DNA of 64,000 nt. It comes from Octopus bimaculoides. Taxonomy: Eukaryota. The stretch lies in contig NC_068981.1 in the NCBI RefSeq assembly GCF_001194135.2, forward strand, positions 52,502,395 through 52,566,394. Direction: 5' to 3'. Shown piece after piece: positions 51,437 to 64,000 of the stretch. Every line of letters starts with the position of its first letter. Within the stretch, counting starts at the first letter, position 1. Position numbers and translations under genes: made by a program. The notes beneath the pieces are model-generated. The model saw nothing but the letters and a program-made list of their open reading frames with translations. It did not search any database and was not told where the DNA came from.

Positions 51437-53518
51437 TCAGGAAGAAACTTTTATTTTTATGTTTTTTAGTTTAAAATTGTAAAGCTGGTCAATTTCTGTC
51501 TACACTAGTAATGTGTAGAGGATATGCCAGAACTTATGAATGATGTAAGTACATGCAGCTGTTCTTCACGGTACCATGAAACAAAAACAACTGACTAATA
51601 TATGTAGCTACTTTGTACAATATTATTTCTAATTTCTATCACCAGTTAATATTTCCCCTCTATAATTATTTAGAAAAGAGATACTTGTTTTCATGACGTA
51701 TTGAAATACCCACTTGAAATCAAAATGAAGTTATCTTTGAAATAAATGTACAAAATAGAAAATAGATTGAATAAGAAAGATATTTTTTAAAGCTGTCCAT
51801 AGTTTTCAAATGTAGAGCATGTTGTGATTCTGCTAATTCTCCCTAATTCTTTAATACTTCTTATGTTTGGAATGGACAGATGAGATCCATGATTAATTCT
51901 CTAAAGCATGCTGTTGAAAGGTGTATATTTTTATCAACTGAGAAGTGTGATAACAGGCAAATTTCTTGAAATAAGATGTGAACAAATCAGTTTGAAGCTG
52001 GGAACAATGATAACAAAAAAAGTCTTCTAGTCATGGTTACAGATATACTAATTGTCCCTATATTTTTGCAGTTTACCTCAATATAGGTTTGTGTCTGAGC
52101 TTAAATGACAAACACTATACACCCTTATAACATCCACACAAAATTGTAGTAAACAGTCTTCTGATGACAAGATGCATGCATAGAGCCAGAAAATGTTTAA
52201 TCCCCAATCAGTCATTAGCTAGCTACAGCTTCCAAGTATGACTCACATTGAAGTGCTGCTACAAGCACAAACATCTTAGACTATAGCCTGCCTAAGGCCA
52301 TCCAGCTGATTAGCAAATACTCACTCCAATACATTACAACCACTACTTAACAGCTGTATTAATTTTCTCTCTTATCATTACTAAAACAGCCTCTAAAGTA
52401 GAAAGCTACATACTTCTCCAACCTGGTCCACAAGAACTTACCCTTCCTTGCAAATATACTGTATTTCACTCTCGCAGACCTCTTGGAGTAAATATTCTTT
52501 CATCCTCCCCCACAAGAACTCCAACCTATTGAAATTATCTCCCTGCTTACATATTTTCCCTATGACNNNNNNNNNNNNNNNNNNNNNNNNNNNNNNNNNN
52601 NNNNNNNNNNNNNNNNNNNNNNNNNNNNNNNNNNNNNNNNNNNNNNNNNNNNNNNNNNNNNNNNNNNNNNNNNNNNNNNNNNNNNNNNNNNNNNNNNNNN
52701 NNNNNNNNNNNNNNNNNNNNNNNNNNNNNNNNNNNNNNNNNNNNNNNNNNNNNNNNNNNNNNNNNNNNNNNNNNNNNNNNNNNNNNNNNNNNNNNNNNNN
52801 NNNNNNNNNNNNNNNNNNNNNNNNNNNNNNNNNNNNNNNNNNNNNNNNNNNNNNNNNNNNNNNNNNNNNNNNNNNNNNNNNNNNNNNNNNNNNNNNNNNN
52901 NNNNNNNNNNNNNNNNNNNNNNNNNNNNNNNNNNNNNNNNNNNNNNNNNNNNNNNNNNNNNNNNNNNNNNNNNNNNNNNNNNNNNNNNNNNNNNNNNNNN
53001 NNNNNNNNNNNNNNNNNNNNNNNNNNNNNNNNNNNNNNNNNNNNNNNNNNNNNNNNNNNNNNNNNNNNNNNNNNNNNNNNNNNNNNNNNNNNNNNNNNNN
53101 NNNNNNNNNNNNNNNNNNNNNNNNNNNNNNNNNNNNNNNNNNNNNNNNNNNNNNNNNNNNNNNNNNNNNNNNNNNNNNNNNNNNNNNNNNNNNNNNNNNN
53201 NNNNNNNNNNNNNNNNNNNNNNNNNNNNNNNNNNNNNNNNNNNNNNNNNNNNNNNNNNNNNNNNNNNNNNNNNNNNNNNNNNNNNNNNNNNNNNNNNNNN
53301 NNNNNNNNNNNNNNNNNNNNNNNNNNNNNNNNNNNNNNNNNNNNNNNNNNNNNNNNNNNNNNNNNNNNNNNNNNNNNNNNNNNNNNNNNNNNNNNNNNNN
53401 NNNNNNNNNNNNNNNNNNNNNNNNNNNNNNNNNNNNNNNNNNNNNNNNNNNNNNNNNNNNNNNNNNNNNNNNNNNNNNNNNNNNNNNNNNNNNNNNNNNN
53501 NNNNNNNNNNNNNNNNNN

Positions 53519-53920
53519 CTATGGTTGCAGAACTGTTTCCAGAGGGAAACGCAGTCTTTCAGGATGATAATGCACCAATTCACACAGCTAAAGTTGTTAC
53601 TGAATGGCACAAGGACCATTCTAGTGAAGTTGAACATCTTATCTGGCCATCACAGTCCCCAGATCTCAATATTATTGAACATTTATGGTGCATTTTATAA
53701 AAACGAGAAAGGAGTCAATATCCTCCATCATCATTACAAGAACTGGAGACTGTTTTAACCGAAGAACAGACAAAAATTCCTTTGGAAACAATTCAAACTT
53801 TGTACAAGTCTATACCTCATAGAATTCAAGCTGTAATTACTGCCAAAGGCAGTCCTACCCCTTATCAAAATAAATTTGTTTGAAATTTTAAAGTGTTTCC
53901 ATTATTTTATCCAACCCATG
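53519..53920 (+). mobile_element. Tc1-like transposon 3' part (transposase C-terminus and right TIR); 5' part is in the gap
   Basis: [39 protein letters not shown], one internal stop, end gtgtttccattattttatccaacccatg. Confidence 0.92.
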
Positions 53921-55683
53921 CATATAGAGTAGTTTTATTTTCACAAAATGAAATTACACACCTCTTTCCTTTTTACACCCACCCAATTATGGTGTTTAAA
54001 AAAAAATCAAATTGATACTATATTTAGAGATGTTTTCCCCACTGATATTGACAAGCTGCAATCTGGGATTTTTTCCTCTCCATACAGTTACAGAGATCTA
54101 AAACAGCAACTATTACTGATTAAAACTGATAATGAACCTTACAATGGGCACTGATGCATTGTAATTAATAATTACAGTTTTAGAAAGTTATTTGCAGAGA
54201 ACCATTTCTGTGGAGGGATAATATAAAAGGTAAAAAAATAGGTTGGTTAACCAGGTGCAGAGCATAATGACCAAAAAACAATTCAAAATCAATATCTGTT
54301 TTTATGCATCTTTGGATATGATTAATCTAGGGGATGCTCAACAAAACAACTAGGTTAAATTAACCCAATGAAATCAGAGATGATTTAGTTTCCAAGGCTC
54401 TGATATTCTACTAGCTGTTGTAATACAGAAACAAATACATTCTACTGGTGTTAGTTTTTAAAGCACAAGAAAAAATGTTAAAATAAAATTTTCTTCCTAT
54501 TGAATATAAAGAAAATTTTATATACAGCTGGAAGAAAATTTATAGCACTTGTAAAGTTATGTTGTATTAAAGATGTGAACTACTTAAAGTGAATGCAAAG
54601 AATTTACTTAGGTGACTTCAAGCCATTTATGAATCAGCAAAAAAGAATCCAGAAGAGATGTGGTGAGGGAATACAATTTTTTGTGCAAGTGAATAAGCAA
54701 ACAATTATTTTCTTTGAGTAAATTCAGAGGGAGAGCCTACTAACAGCTAGGAAATAACATAAATAGTTACTTTAGTAGAGAGAAAAAAAAAAGAAGTGAA
54801 TATATTGGTCAGAGATAACTGATGAAAACCACATTTTAAAAATCTACTTAGTTCTAAACAGGTCACTCTTAGTGTTTGTTTCATGTAGAGAAAATGTATG
54901 TATGTCAGTTAGCATATTATTTTTCCCTTTAGTAAATCCAAGAAAATAAAATTATTTACCTAAACTATTACATATGAACAGTAAATTATATAATTAAATT
55001 TCTTCCCATTTAAAACATATGTTTGAAATAATGTTTCTTAAGTATAAAATTGTTTATTGTTAAAGATATTTTCATCATCTATAAAGATTCTATATTTTAA
55101 AGTTGATATGGCAGCATCTAGATAGAGCAATTCATTTATCTAATCACTCAGCTTTCACCAATTTTTTAAATTTTATTTTTTGAACAACATTAATATTATT
55201 TACATTTAGTTTGAGAAAGTTGTGACTGCTGATCTTGATAATAGGGAGAACTAGCATATAAGTTTAATTCCTAAATCTTTTATGTTAGTAAGAGTGGAAT
55301 GGACTTTACCAGCTTGAATATAAATAAAATACAGTTAGTGCAACTATTTCTACATCTGGAGGCTCTTCCTTTTTCGAGATAGATTTATATAACATTTTAT
55401 CACCAAAATGGAAACTAATAATACATTTTACAAAATAAATAATTAGTAAAATCATTAATAAAAGAATTTAAAGCAGATGTAATAAACTATAAAATGCAAG
55501 TTCTTTTACAGTTATAATCCATTATAATATGATTATCTGCAATATAATCTAAGTTATTACACATTTGCACAAACTGTTTGAGTAAAAGTTCAAATCACTT
55601 TTCAATAATCAACAAGAAACCAAAATACTTTGAAACTAGAAAGAATGGTTTCAGTATTAATTTAGAATAATAATTATTTAGTG

Positions 55684-56140
55684 ATCATCATCGTTTAACG
55701 TCCGCTTTCCATGCTAGCATGGGTTGGACGATTTGACTGAGGACTGGCGAACCAGATGGCTACACCAGGCTCCAATCTGATTTGGCAGAGTTTCTACAGC
55801 TGGATGCCCTACCTAATGCCAACCACTCCGAGAGTGTAGTGGGTGATTTTACGTGCCACCGGCACAAAGGCCAGTCAGGCGGTACTGGCAACGGCCACGC
55901 TCAAAATGGTGTATATTATGTGTCACCTGCACAGGAGCCAGTCCAGTGGCATTGGCAATGATCTCGCTCGAATGTCTTTACACATGCCACCGGCATAAGT
56001 GCCAGGAAGGCGACGCTGGGCACAGGTGCTATCACAATTTCGCTTTCACTTGCCCCAACAGGTCTTTGCAAGCCGAGTTTCGTGTCCAATGAAGGAGACG
56101 ACATTAGCATGGGTGCCAGTCATCGAGTTTAGTTCGATTT
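55684..56140 (-). mobile_element. Young RTE LINE 3' tail/UTR
   Basis: catcatcgtttaacgtccgctttccatgctagcatgggttggacg.., near-identical to 31486. Confidence 0.92.
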
Positions 56141-56259
56141 CGATGTGGAAATAATTTTTTCCCTTTTTATTTGACATTTTGTGTGAAATTTTTTGTAACT
56201 TTGTTGAAGAATAAATCCTGTTAAAAATGATTTCATGTCTGGCCATGAAATATAACTTC

Positions 56260-56370
56260 GCACAGGAACATGAGGATTAGCAACAGGAAGAGCATCCAGC
56301 AACAGAAAATCTGCTAAAACAAATTCCGTCTGACCCATGAAGCATGGAAACGTGGATGTTGCATGACAAT
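56260..56370 (+). mobile_element. Divergent RTE-type tail (related copy at 50337-50445, minus)
   Basis: caacaggaagagcatccagc..gacccatgaagcatggaaacgtggatgtt. Confidence 0.6.
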
Positions 56371-56620
56371 ACACATCACAAAAAAAAAAAAAAAAAGATC
56401 AAAGGTTGCTCCTATGTTCATAAGGCCAGTGTCCCAGATTCTGTGGCATACATATTTGCCTTCTGGATGGGATGCTGGTCTGTCACAGGATTACTAATTT
56501 TTACCAAAATGAAGTGTTTTGCTTCAGAACATAAGGAACCACCCAGTCCAGGAATCAAAACTACAATCTCACAATCATGAGTGCAACACCCTAACCATTA
56601 AGTCACATGCTTCCACATGC

Positions 56621-56651
<31 letters not shown>

Positions 56652-58544
56652 CTTTTAACACAGCAAATGTGGAAATGTCATTTCCTTATTTCAACAGAAC
56701 AATATATACTTCATTCGTTTTAAGTAGCGCAAAAGTATGAGTGAAGTAGAACTGAAGAATACAACTGAATTATGGACGATATCTTAGCTTGCTAGTCATT
56801 AGGTTTATACATTCTATTAAATGCCATGTTAAACAGGAATAGGCATAGTGAAGCAATGGATAAAAAAATTGTAATTAGTGACTAAGATCTAGATATTTAA
56901 GTGTTTACCATATATATATATATATATACATTAGGTGTGTGTATACATGTAGGAGGACACAACGTGGCAGCTAGAAGGAGGATGAAAGTCGTCTGATATC
57001 AGAGAGGTAGCTAGTACAAGAGAAGTAGCTGGTATGAGAGATAGGAATAAAACAAACAGAAGTTGATGCAGAAAGATAAGTGAAACAAACTGTAATAGTT
57101 TAAAACCATTCCAATTTCTCACAACAGCAAAACATTTTGGCAAATAGCACACTCATATCTTTAGTGGCATGAAAACATGTATTTACTTAATATTGTTAAT
57201 TTTCAGTGAGTTGCAATAAAGCTTTTTTTTAAATTCAAACCTAATGCAACACTTAAGCATAAATAAAAATATAGATGTGATTAATCTTTCTTTCAATTTG
57301 TTTTGTATGACTCAAGTGCTAACTGTAAGCAAAAATAGTTTCCAAATCAAAAGGTCAACAACTTTCTTTATATTTTGTCCAAATTTGCTTAACATCCATT
57401 TTCCCATAGAAGCAGGTGTCGAAATGATCTACTGGGCATCCACATTTCAGTTCTATCCACTTTATACATCTGACTGAACATCATCTTTCTTTGTCTCGCC
57501 CAAGGCTGCCACTGCTTCCGCCAACCATGTGACAGATCTTGAAGTGGTACTAACAGAAAGGTGAAACTTTGTGATGTAAAGTAACATAATATCTGTCAGT
57601 CTTGCAAACGCTATGGTGGGGAAATGTTCTTCATTTTAAGTATATGCCTAAAGTTAGACAGACTGAGGTATTTGGCATTAAGTATTTGATGGTAATATGA
57701 CACAAACCATCAACTCCTTAATTGGCAGTCTGGTATTCTATTGTCTTAGTTGTAATACTTTTAATTGAAATAAACAATATTAAATATGCATTATATTTTC
57801 TGCTTAGTATATATTTTTTCATTCAATGTACACTATCAATACACATCATAAATTATAACTACAAAGTATCCAACAAACACATGGGAATAAAAAATATATA
57901 TATATTTAAGAAAACAAAGATCATAATAATGTCCAAAACATTTTCAACTTGCTTTGACATTCTGCTACAAGTAACTTAACCATATTCTGACCTGCTGTCC
58001 TGACCACATCTACAGGATATCAATTTGTTCTATGTATGAGAACAACTTTCAGTTGACACTATCTTTAACTGACTTCATTGTCATTTTGACAAATGTAAAC
58101 AGCAAATTCAGTAATCCACAATATTGCTATATGAGCTATTATGCAGCCATTCATGTGTAGCAAGGCACAAAGAAGCCAGTGCCATTTTGAAACAACGAGA
58201 TCTCGCCTGCAACCATTGCCATATGTGAGACAAAAACAAGATCTCATCTGCAACCATTATTTAAGGAAAAGGCAACATTTTCCCTCTCATTTTTCTCACG
58301 CTGACACCGAGCAATATATCAAAGCCAGGAGTTCACAGCAGACTTTTGTCCCGCTGTGATACCATATGCATTGTCTCCAGAGGTTATTGAACCTCACATG
58401 TATGGGAGAGAAGGCTAACTACGCACTGCTGTGAAGATGGTTACTGAAAGCAAACCCCTTGTACGAAGCACCTGTAAATAAATGGTTATTGAATTTACTC
58501 TGCCTAAGAACTTCATTCTTTGTATTTCCAGCTCCTTGAATCAA

Positions 58545-58707
58545 CATCATCATCATCATCATTCAACGTCAGCTTTCCATGCTAGCATGGGTTGGATGAT
58601 TTGACTGAGGACTGGCGAACCAGATGGCTGCACCAGGCTCCAATCTGATCTGGCAGAGTTTCTACAGCTGGATGCCCTTCCTAACACCAACCACTCCGAG
58701 AGTGTAG
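58545..58707 (-). mobile_element. Young, extremely 5'-truncated RTE tail
   Basis: catcatcatcatcattcaacgtcagctttccatgctagcatggg..ccgagagtgtagt. Confidence 0.9.
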
Positions 58708-60073
58708 TACAGAATAATTATAAAGGAAGAAAAATACCCCAAAAGTATCATAAAAACCTTCCTTCCATTATATATGCAATTAAATAAACAATGCTTATAA
58801 ACTTGATAAAGTCCACAATCAAGCTACAGTATATGTAGCAGTATGCATATTTGTCACATCCTGTTGCTATATCCAGCTTATTATTTATATCCTGAAATTT
58901 GAGAGGATTTATTGATCAATTACTTCTTATTTTTCCAACAGCTCATAGGAATCTAATCTTAGTCAAGCAGGATGCCTGTCAAGATTATTTATCCTAGCAG
59001 TTAATTTAAAAGGCTGGAACTAAATATATAAAAGCATTTTGTCCAATACTAAAGTTTGCAAAGGTTCATTTTTCCTTAACCCTTTAGCATGTAAACTGAC
59101 CATATCCATATCATTCACTTCACAGCTATTGTTCACTCCATTCATAACATAAACTAAGTCACCAAGGTTACATATTCCATTTGACTGAGGCATTAGAAAT
59201 AGCAAAAACTATGAATTGCAGAATCTGAAATCATACTTTACTTTAATCTATTTATTTATTATTACACAGCCTGTAAAATATGGGATCCTACTAACTTCTT
59301 TTCCATGATACCTGAATAATGTCTTAGGCTTGGCTCACTTTGTTGAATGCATACGAGAACTGGACAATCTCAAGCTGACTACCAGAGCATTCTCTTGAAT
59401 TGAGCTTTCCACAATTGACTATTGGTCCCCTCATTAGCATGTACTTTACACATACCCAAGGAACTGATCTACTAAGAAGGTGAGTATTTGCAGTAGTTAG
59501 AAAAAATGCTATAAGGATACGCTTGGTTTCTGAAGTACTTTGATAATGATCCAGCATCACAGGACATGCCTTGCACAAGATTTGCAGCCACATGAAGGGT
59601 GCTGCCTGGTTTTGAGCAAAGCAAATATTATAGGATCCTTAGAGTTCTGAGCTTTCTCAGACAAAAGTACTACTATTTTTCCCTATGATTATAATAATAA
59701 TAAATGCTCTGATGTAGTACCAATGCTCTGATGCAGTACCATATGCCCTGATGATATTCTTGAGATCCTTTAAATAGCTTTTGGCTAAGAACTGAATCAT
59801 GTTAATACATCAGTTGAGTCTTGTTAATTCTTAATGAATGTAACACAAAAACCTAAGTTTACATCTGTTTAAAGTGTCATTCTTTCACATTTAGTTTGTT
59901 TCTATTATTTATCAAACAAAACATGAGATACTCTAGATCAGTAAAAACTAGGGATTTGTTCATTGCACTTTCTCAGAAAAGACAACCAAACACAAATACT
60001 ACACTGTGAAAAATGCATAAAACATTTTTTGTCTTTTAAATAGAAATAATAAAAATAAATAATGTTTGTAAAC

Positions 60074-60180
60074 CTTGACAGTCTTTTGAATTCTTAGTGA
60101 TGGTCCAGGATACTCAGAAGAATATAAGTCCGTTAGAAATAGAGAATTTATCAATGTAGATTTTCCCAAACCAGATTCAC
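60074..60180 (-). CDS. SEPT7: Septin-7-like exon, P-loop/G1 and switch I ([G][35 protein letters not shown]); upstream exons are outside the window
   Basis: Manual minus-strand translation. Acceptor tactttcag, donor AAG|gtttac, 107 nt, phase 1 to 0. Matches the SEPT7 G1 region. Confidence 0.96.
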
Positions 60181-60460
60181 CTGAAAGTACACAAAAAGAA
60201 AATATTGATGTTGGCTGGATAGTAATGGTGAGAGTAGCAGTTAAAAAAAAGACAAAAACAAACTATAGCATTGCAAAAGCTCTGACAAATATTTAGATAA
60301 TATTGAAACAAACTGATTTTGAAATACCAAAAACATTCAAGTAAAAATCATTAACTTACATAAAAAAAAAGAACTTGATATAAATTTATTCTCTAAAATA
60401 TCTACAAATTATACATTTACTTAATGGTTCTCAATAATTCAGCCAGTATGGCAGTATAGT

Positions 60461-60528
60461 GACATCTATGTTTCACTGATGACATCTATGTTTCACTGAT
60501 GACATCTATCTTTCACTGATGACATCTA
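60461..60528. repeat. 20-bp tandem repeat x3.4 (gacatctatgtttcactgat)
   Basis: Units start at 60461, 60481 and 60501; partial unit at 60521. Confidence 0.95.
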
Positions 60529-62529
60529 ATAATACCAAAACATTTCAGGGGGGGGGGGATCATGTACAACCAGAATAATTAATATGCTAGTCACTAACTA
60601 ATATTGTTTTTTCTTCACTGAATAATTTGATTAACTTTTAATGGCCACAGTATTCAATTTGTTAACACCAACTTAACATTTGTATATTTATATATATATT
60701 CTTAAGTCTTTAATATAGTGAATAAAAATTTACTACGGAAGTTATATATCAAATCATCATTATTTTCTATGTTTTTCCATGAAAAAGTTAAATGCATCCC
60801 ATAGCATCTCATCATTTACCATAGTATATATCATCTTGCACACAGCAACAGAGAAAACTGGTCATTCTTCATAGTTGCATACATCTAACAGTGTGGGCTG
60901 GGTACATTTGTTGTTACTGGCACTAAAAAAGGTTCTCCTATGCAGGAGATCTAAGGTATCTCTTCCAGCCTGTACCAGTTACTATCCACTTCATTATCTG
61001 GAGTTACTGCCATCCTAGAGGGACAACATTCAATTGTCTTTGAGTCTCTGTGGGAATTTTCACTGGATAATGCTTTTGCTATGTGAACTGAGCAAAGGAT
61101 ATTACAGTGTTTTTCTGTGGCAGCTGGGCATGAAATAAGTAGATGGTGGTGAGGAGGAATACTCAACAGTACAACTTATTGTTTTGGATAAAACAGTAGG
61201 GCTAGATATCAAAGGAACTAATTATCCTAGACTAATGGGGGTTGGGTTGATATACCAACTGTTAGGGCCCATAGGTTATGGTAGTGCTTTGTTCATGATC
61301 AAAGAGTTCAATAAGAGAGAACTGCAATAGAGATCACCAGTTGCCAGTCAAGATGATAAGCATAGCTATGCACACACAAGGAGAGAGTAGCCCAAAGCTG
61401 GCTCCATTATTTAGATAGTGAGGGAAGCATTGTTAGCTATTGGGGGAGAGAACCATGACTGACAAGAGGGAATGGGAGAGTGGGTATAAATGATTGTCAA
61501 GTGAATAGGGAATGAGAGTGTGTATAAAAATTGTCAGCTGGACACTTCTGTCAACAGAATTTCTTAACAATTTAAAATAGATAAAAATTTAAAGTAGACA
61601 AAATCACTTGCATTCATTTTTGTTGGCAGGGTGTAAAATTTCTAGAAATTTCATTGAACAAATTTGGGCATATTTTCTAACTATATTTTAACAAAATGTA
61701 AATAATACAACATGATTATTTAGCTTAGTTTTTATGTTACAGTGTAAAGCTACTGGAAGAAATGCTGCCGAGTCCAGTCAGTGATATGTAACTAATTACA
61801 AAAGACTGAGTGCTGTTTGTTGGTAATGCTAATTTCTACAAATTTCCCAGAACTAAAATCTTGACATATTTTTCTAAATATAAATATATAATAAAAATAA
61901 CAAATTCAATAAAAAATACTGCTGCTGCAGAGTTGGTACAAAAGTTATTTAGGTTAATGTGATAAACATTCATGTTGTTTAATAATTTCAAATAGTGGTA
62001 GTTACACATAAGATAAAATTTTGTTAGTAGAGAGGATCAACAAACATATCAAACTTCAAGTACACTGTTCATTATATTGTGGCACAAGACATGTGAATGC
62101 ATGCACTGTTAAGAAACACAGCTATGGACAATAAACGACAAGGACCCTACCAAAGCTTTATCTACTTAACCAATCTATGTTAGAATGAAAAATCATAATT
62201 AAAAAAAAGAAAAGAAAAACTATATCATTACACTAGCAAAGACGACACATAAGGACAAGGATTTCTTTCATTTTTATGTACACTTAAAATGAATGAAGAA
62301 TTAATAGGAGATATGCAGTTTGGTTTTGCATCAATGCTACTTCACAAATGGTACAACTGGTAGTAAATTGGAACAAGTAATTTTATTTGCTCTCAAATTC
62401 ATTTGGAGAAAACATGCAATATAATCTGATGTTAATAAGTATCAGTCAAATATAAATGACTGAGATAGTAATCAAATTCAAATATATATAGGCCAGTCTT
62501 AAGACTGGTTTCTAAGAAAGAAAGATATA

Positions 62530-62915
62530 TTCTTTTATTTGTTTCAGTCATTAGACTGTGGTCATGTTGGGGTACCATCTTGAAAGGTAGTAATCAAAGC
62601 GATCAACTCCAGTACTATTTTGTGAGTCTAGTACTTATTCTATAGGCCATTTTTGCTGAACTTGCCAAATTGCTAAGTTATGAGGATGTAAACAAACTAA
62701 CACTAGTTGTCAAGTGGTGGTCATGGAAAAAGCAAATACACATGCAAACACACACCAGGCTTCCACACAATTTCTACCTACTAAATTCACTCTCAAGGCA
62801 TTGGTTAGTCTGGAATTATAGAAGATACTTATTCACGGTGCTGTGCGGCGGGACTGAATCTGAAATAATGTGGTTGCAAAGCATGCTTCTTAACTGCAAA
62901 ACCATACCTATGTCT
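62530..62915 (-). mobile_element. Degraded CORE-like SINE
   Basis: Homologous to 36787-37180. Confidence 0.78.
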
Positions 62916-63625
62916 ACACTGTAAGCTTTTAGAATATTAAAAAAAATGTTATCACAAAAAAACCCAAATAAATGTCATGAAGAATGAAAGAATTGTACTC
63001 CTTTAAATATTGGGAAGACATTTTCAATAAACTTGTAATGAAATATTGTAGTATTTAAGACAGAGCTATATTTGCTTTTTAAGCCAAATTTTTTTTTCAA
63101 TTTCTACAAATAATATAAATTAATATAGAACAAATTTTAAATGATAACCAAAAGAGAATGAGAAAAATATTTCGGTGTCAACAGAATTTAAGACAAAAAA
63201 AAAAAAAAGTTAACAAAAGTAGCAGTAATGTTAAGTCAAAAGAATGTAGTAGGCAAGCCCATATAGGAGATGAATAAGCTTTTTGAGGTAATCTACTGGT
63301 TATGACAAATTCCTAGCATTGGTAGGTAATATTTTCAATGTTAGTGTTGGACATTTTTATAATACTGGAGATGAAGTAAACCTAAACCAATAGTTTAGGA
63401 GTGGCCAATAGGGATTATGTAGAAATGTATCAGATTATGTAAATATATGGCCTAGTTTCTGACAGTATACTCCAGTACTGAAAGGAATGGTACTGCAAGG
63501 CAAAGCTGACCAGCATTCAAAATTCCTATAAACTCTCATCATTAGGAATTTAGAGACTAATATTGTATTAATGTATATCAGGTTGCTGTAAACCAAAATA
63601 TAAGAACAAACAACATTTTCTATAA

Positions 63626-64000
63626 CCTTCTAAGAGACTAAATAGTAAAGCCACCGACCAGATTTGTGGGTGGTGTAAGGTCCCCTCCCGACCCAGAGTA
63701 ACGTGGTGGTGGAACAAGGAGGTAGACAGGGCTATTAGACAAAAGAAACAGGCTTGGAAGGACTGGAAGAACGGTGGTAGCAGGGAATTGTACCAATGTG
63801 CCAGAAGGGAGGCTAGGCGACAGGTTTATTTAGCCAGAGGGGAAGCAGATAAGGAAAGATTTTCCAATGTTCTGCGCCGTAAGGACCAAAGACTCGAGGT
63901 ATTTCGTGTTGCAAGACAGTGTAGGAGAGAGAATAGTGATGTTGTAGGAGAGAAATGTGTTCGCATGGATGATGGTACGCTTGCATTAAATGAGGATGCA
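63626..64000 (+). mobile_element. RTE LINE ORF2 (endonuclease-RT linker), 5'-truncated, running off the window
   Basis: Uninterrupted 117 codons from 63650: ATDQICGWCKVPSRPRVTWWWNKEVDRAIRQKKQAWKDWK..GEKCVRMDDGTLALNEDA. Confidence 0.88.

Noticed and set aside
57470-57550. GC-richer minus-strand segment with acceptor-like ttag
   Set aside because: Phase-0 reading stops early, the donor is weak, and no homology was recognised.
29775-64000. Apparent excess of RTE tails in the sense orientation of the gene
   Set aside because: About seven versus three copies; too few to claim an orientation bias.
60181-64000. Search for the GFANLPNQ / polybasic septin exon
   Set aside because: Not found in the window; presumed to lie beyond 64000.

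Overview
AT-rich, repeat-laden eukaryotic scaffold with four N gaps (3252-3425, 6645-7200, 35360-35501, 52567-53518). The SINE and RTE-LINE families look like coleoid cephalopod (octopus-type) DNA; this is an inference. One host gene dominates the window: a minus-strand septin of the SEPT7/peanut group. Eleven core exons (60074-60180, 45594-45694, 44408-44542, 44179-44296, 41776-41871, 30582-30678, 30003-30054, 27844-27957, 27509-27644, 26830-26975, 11893-11926) splice GT-AG in consistent phase. They give about 378 codons running from the P-loop GESGLGKS to a canonical end, KKDKKKSIF*. The 5' exons lie beyond 64000, and a roughly 2.9 kb 3'UTR reaches about 9000. The ORF track misses the gene entirely. 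The most interesting signals are (i) a 30-nt in-frame basic/aromatic microexon candidate in the G domain and (ii) an array of candidate cassette and terminal exons in the 15 kb last intron, which could give the septin interchangeable membrane-type tails. Inverted-SINE duplexes and hairpins are interspersed among them. The rest is TE debris: RTE LINEs with a PHD-like finger inside the RT, CR1/L2, Penelope, a DD36E Tc1, hAT and MULE MITEs, and SINEs. All alternative exons are predicted by eye from splice signals and need RNA evidence. Repeat boundaries are approximate.
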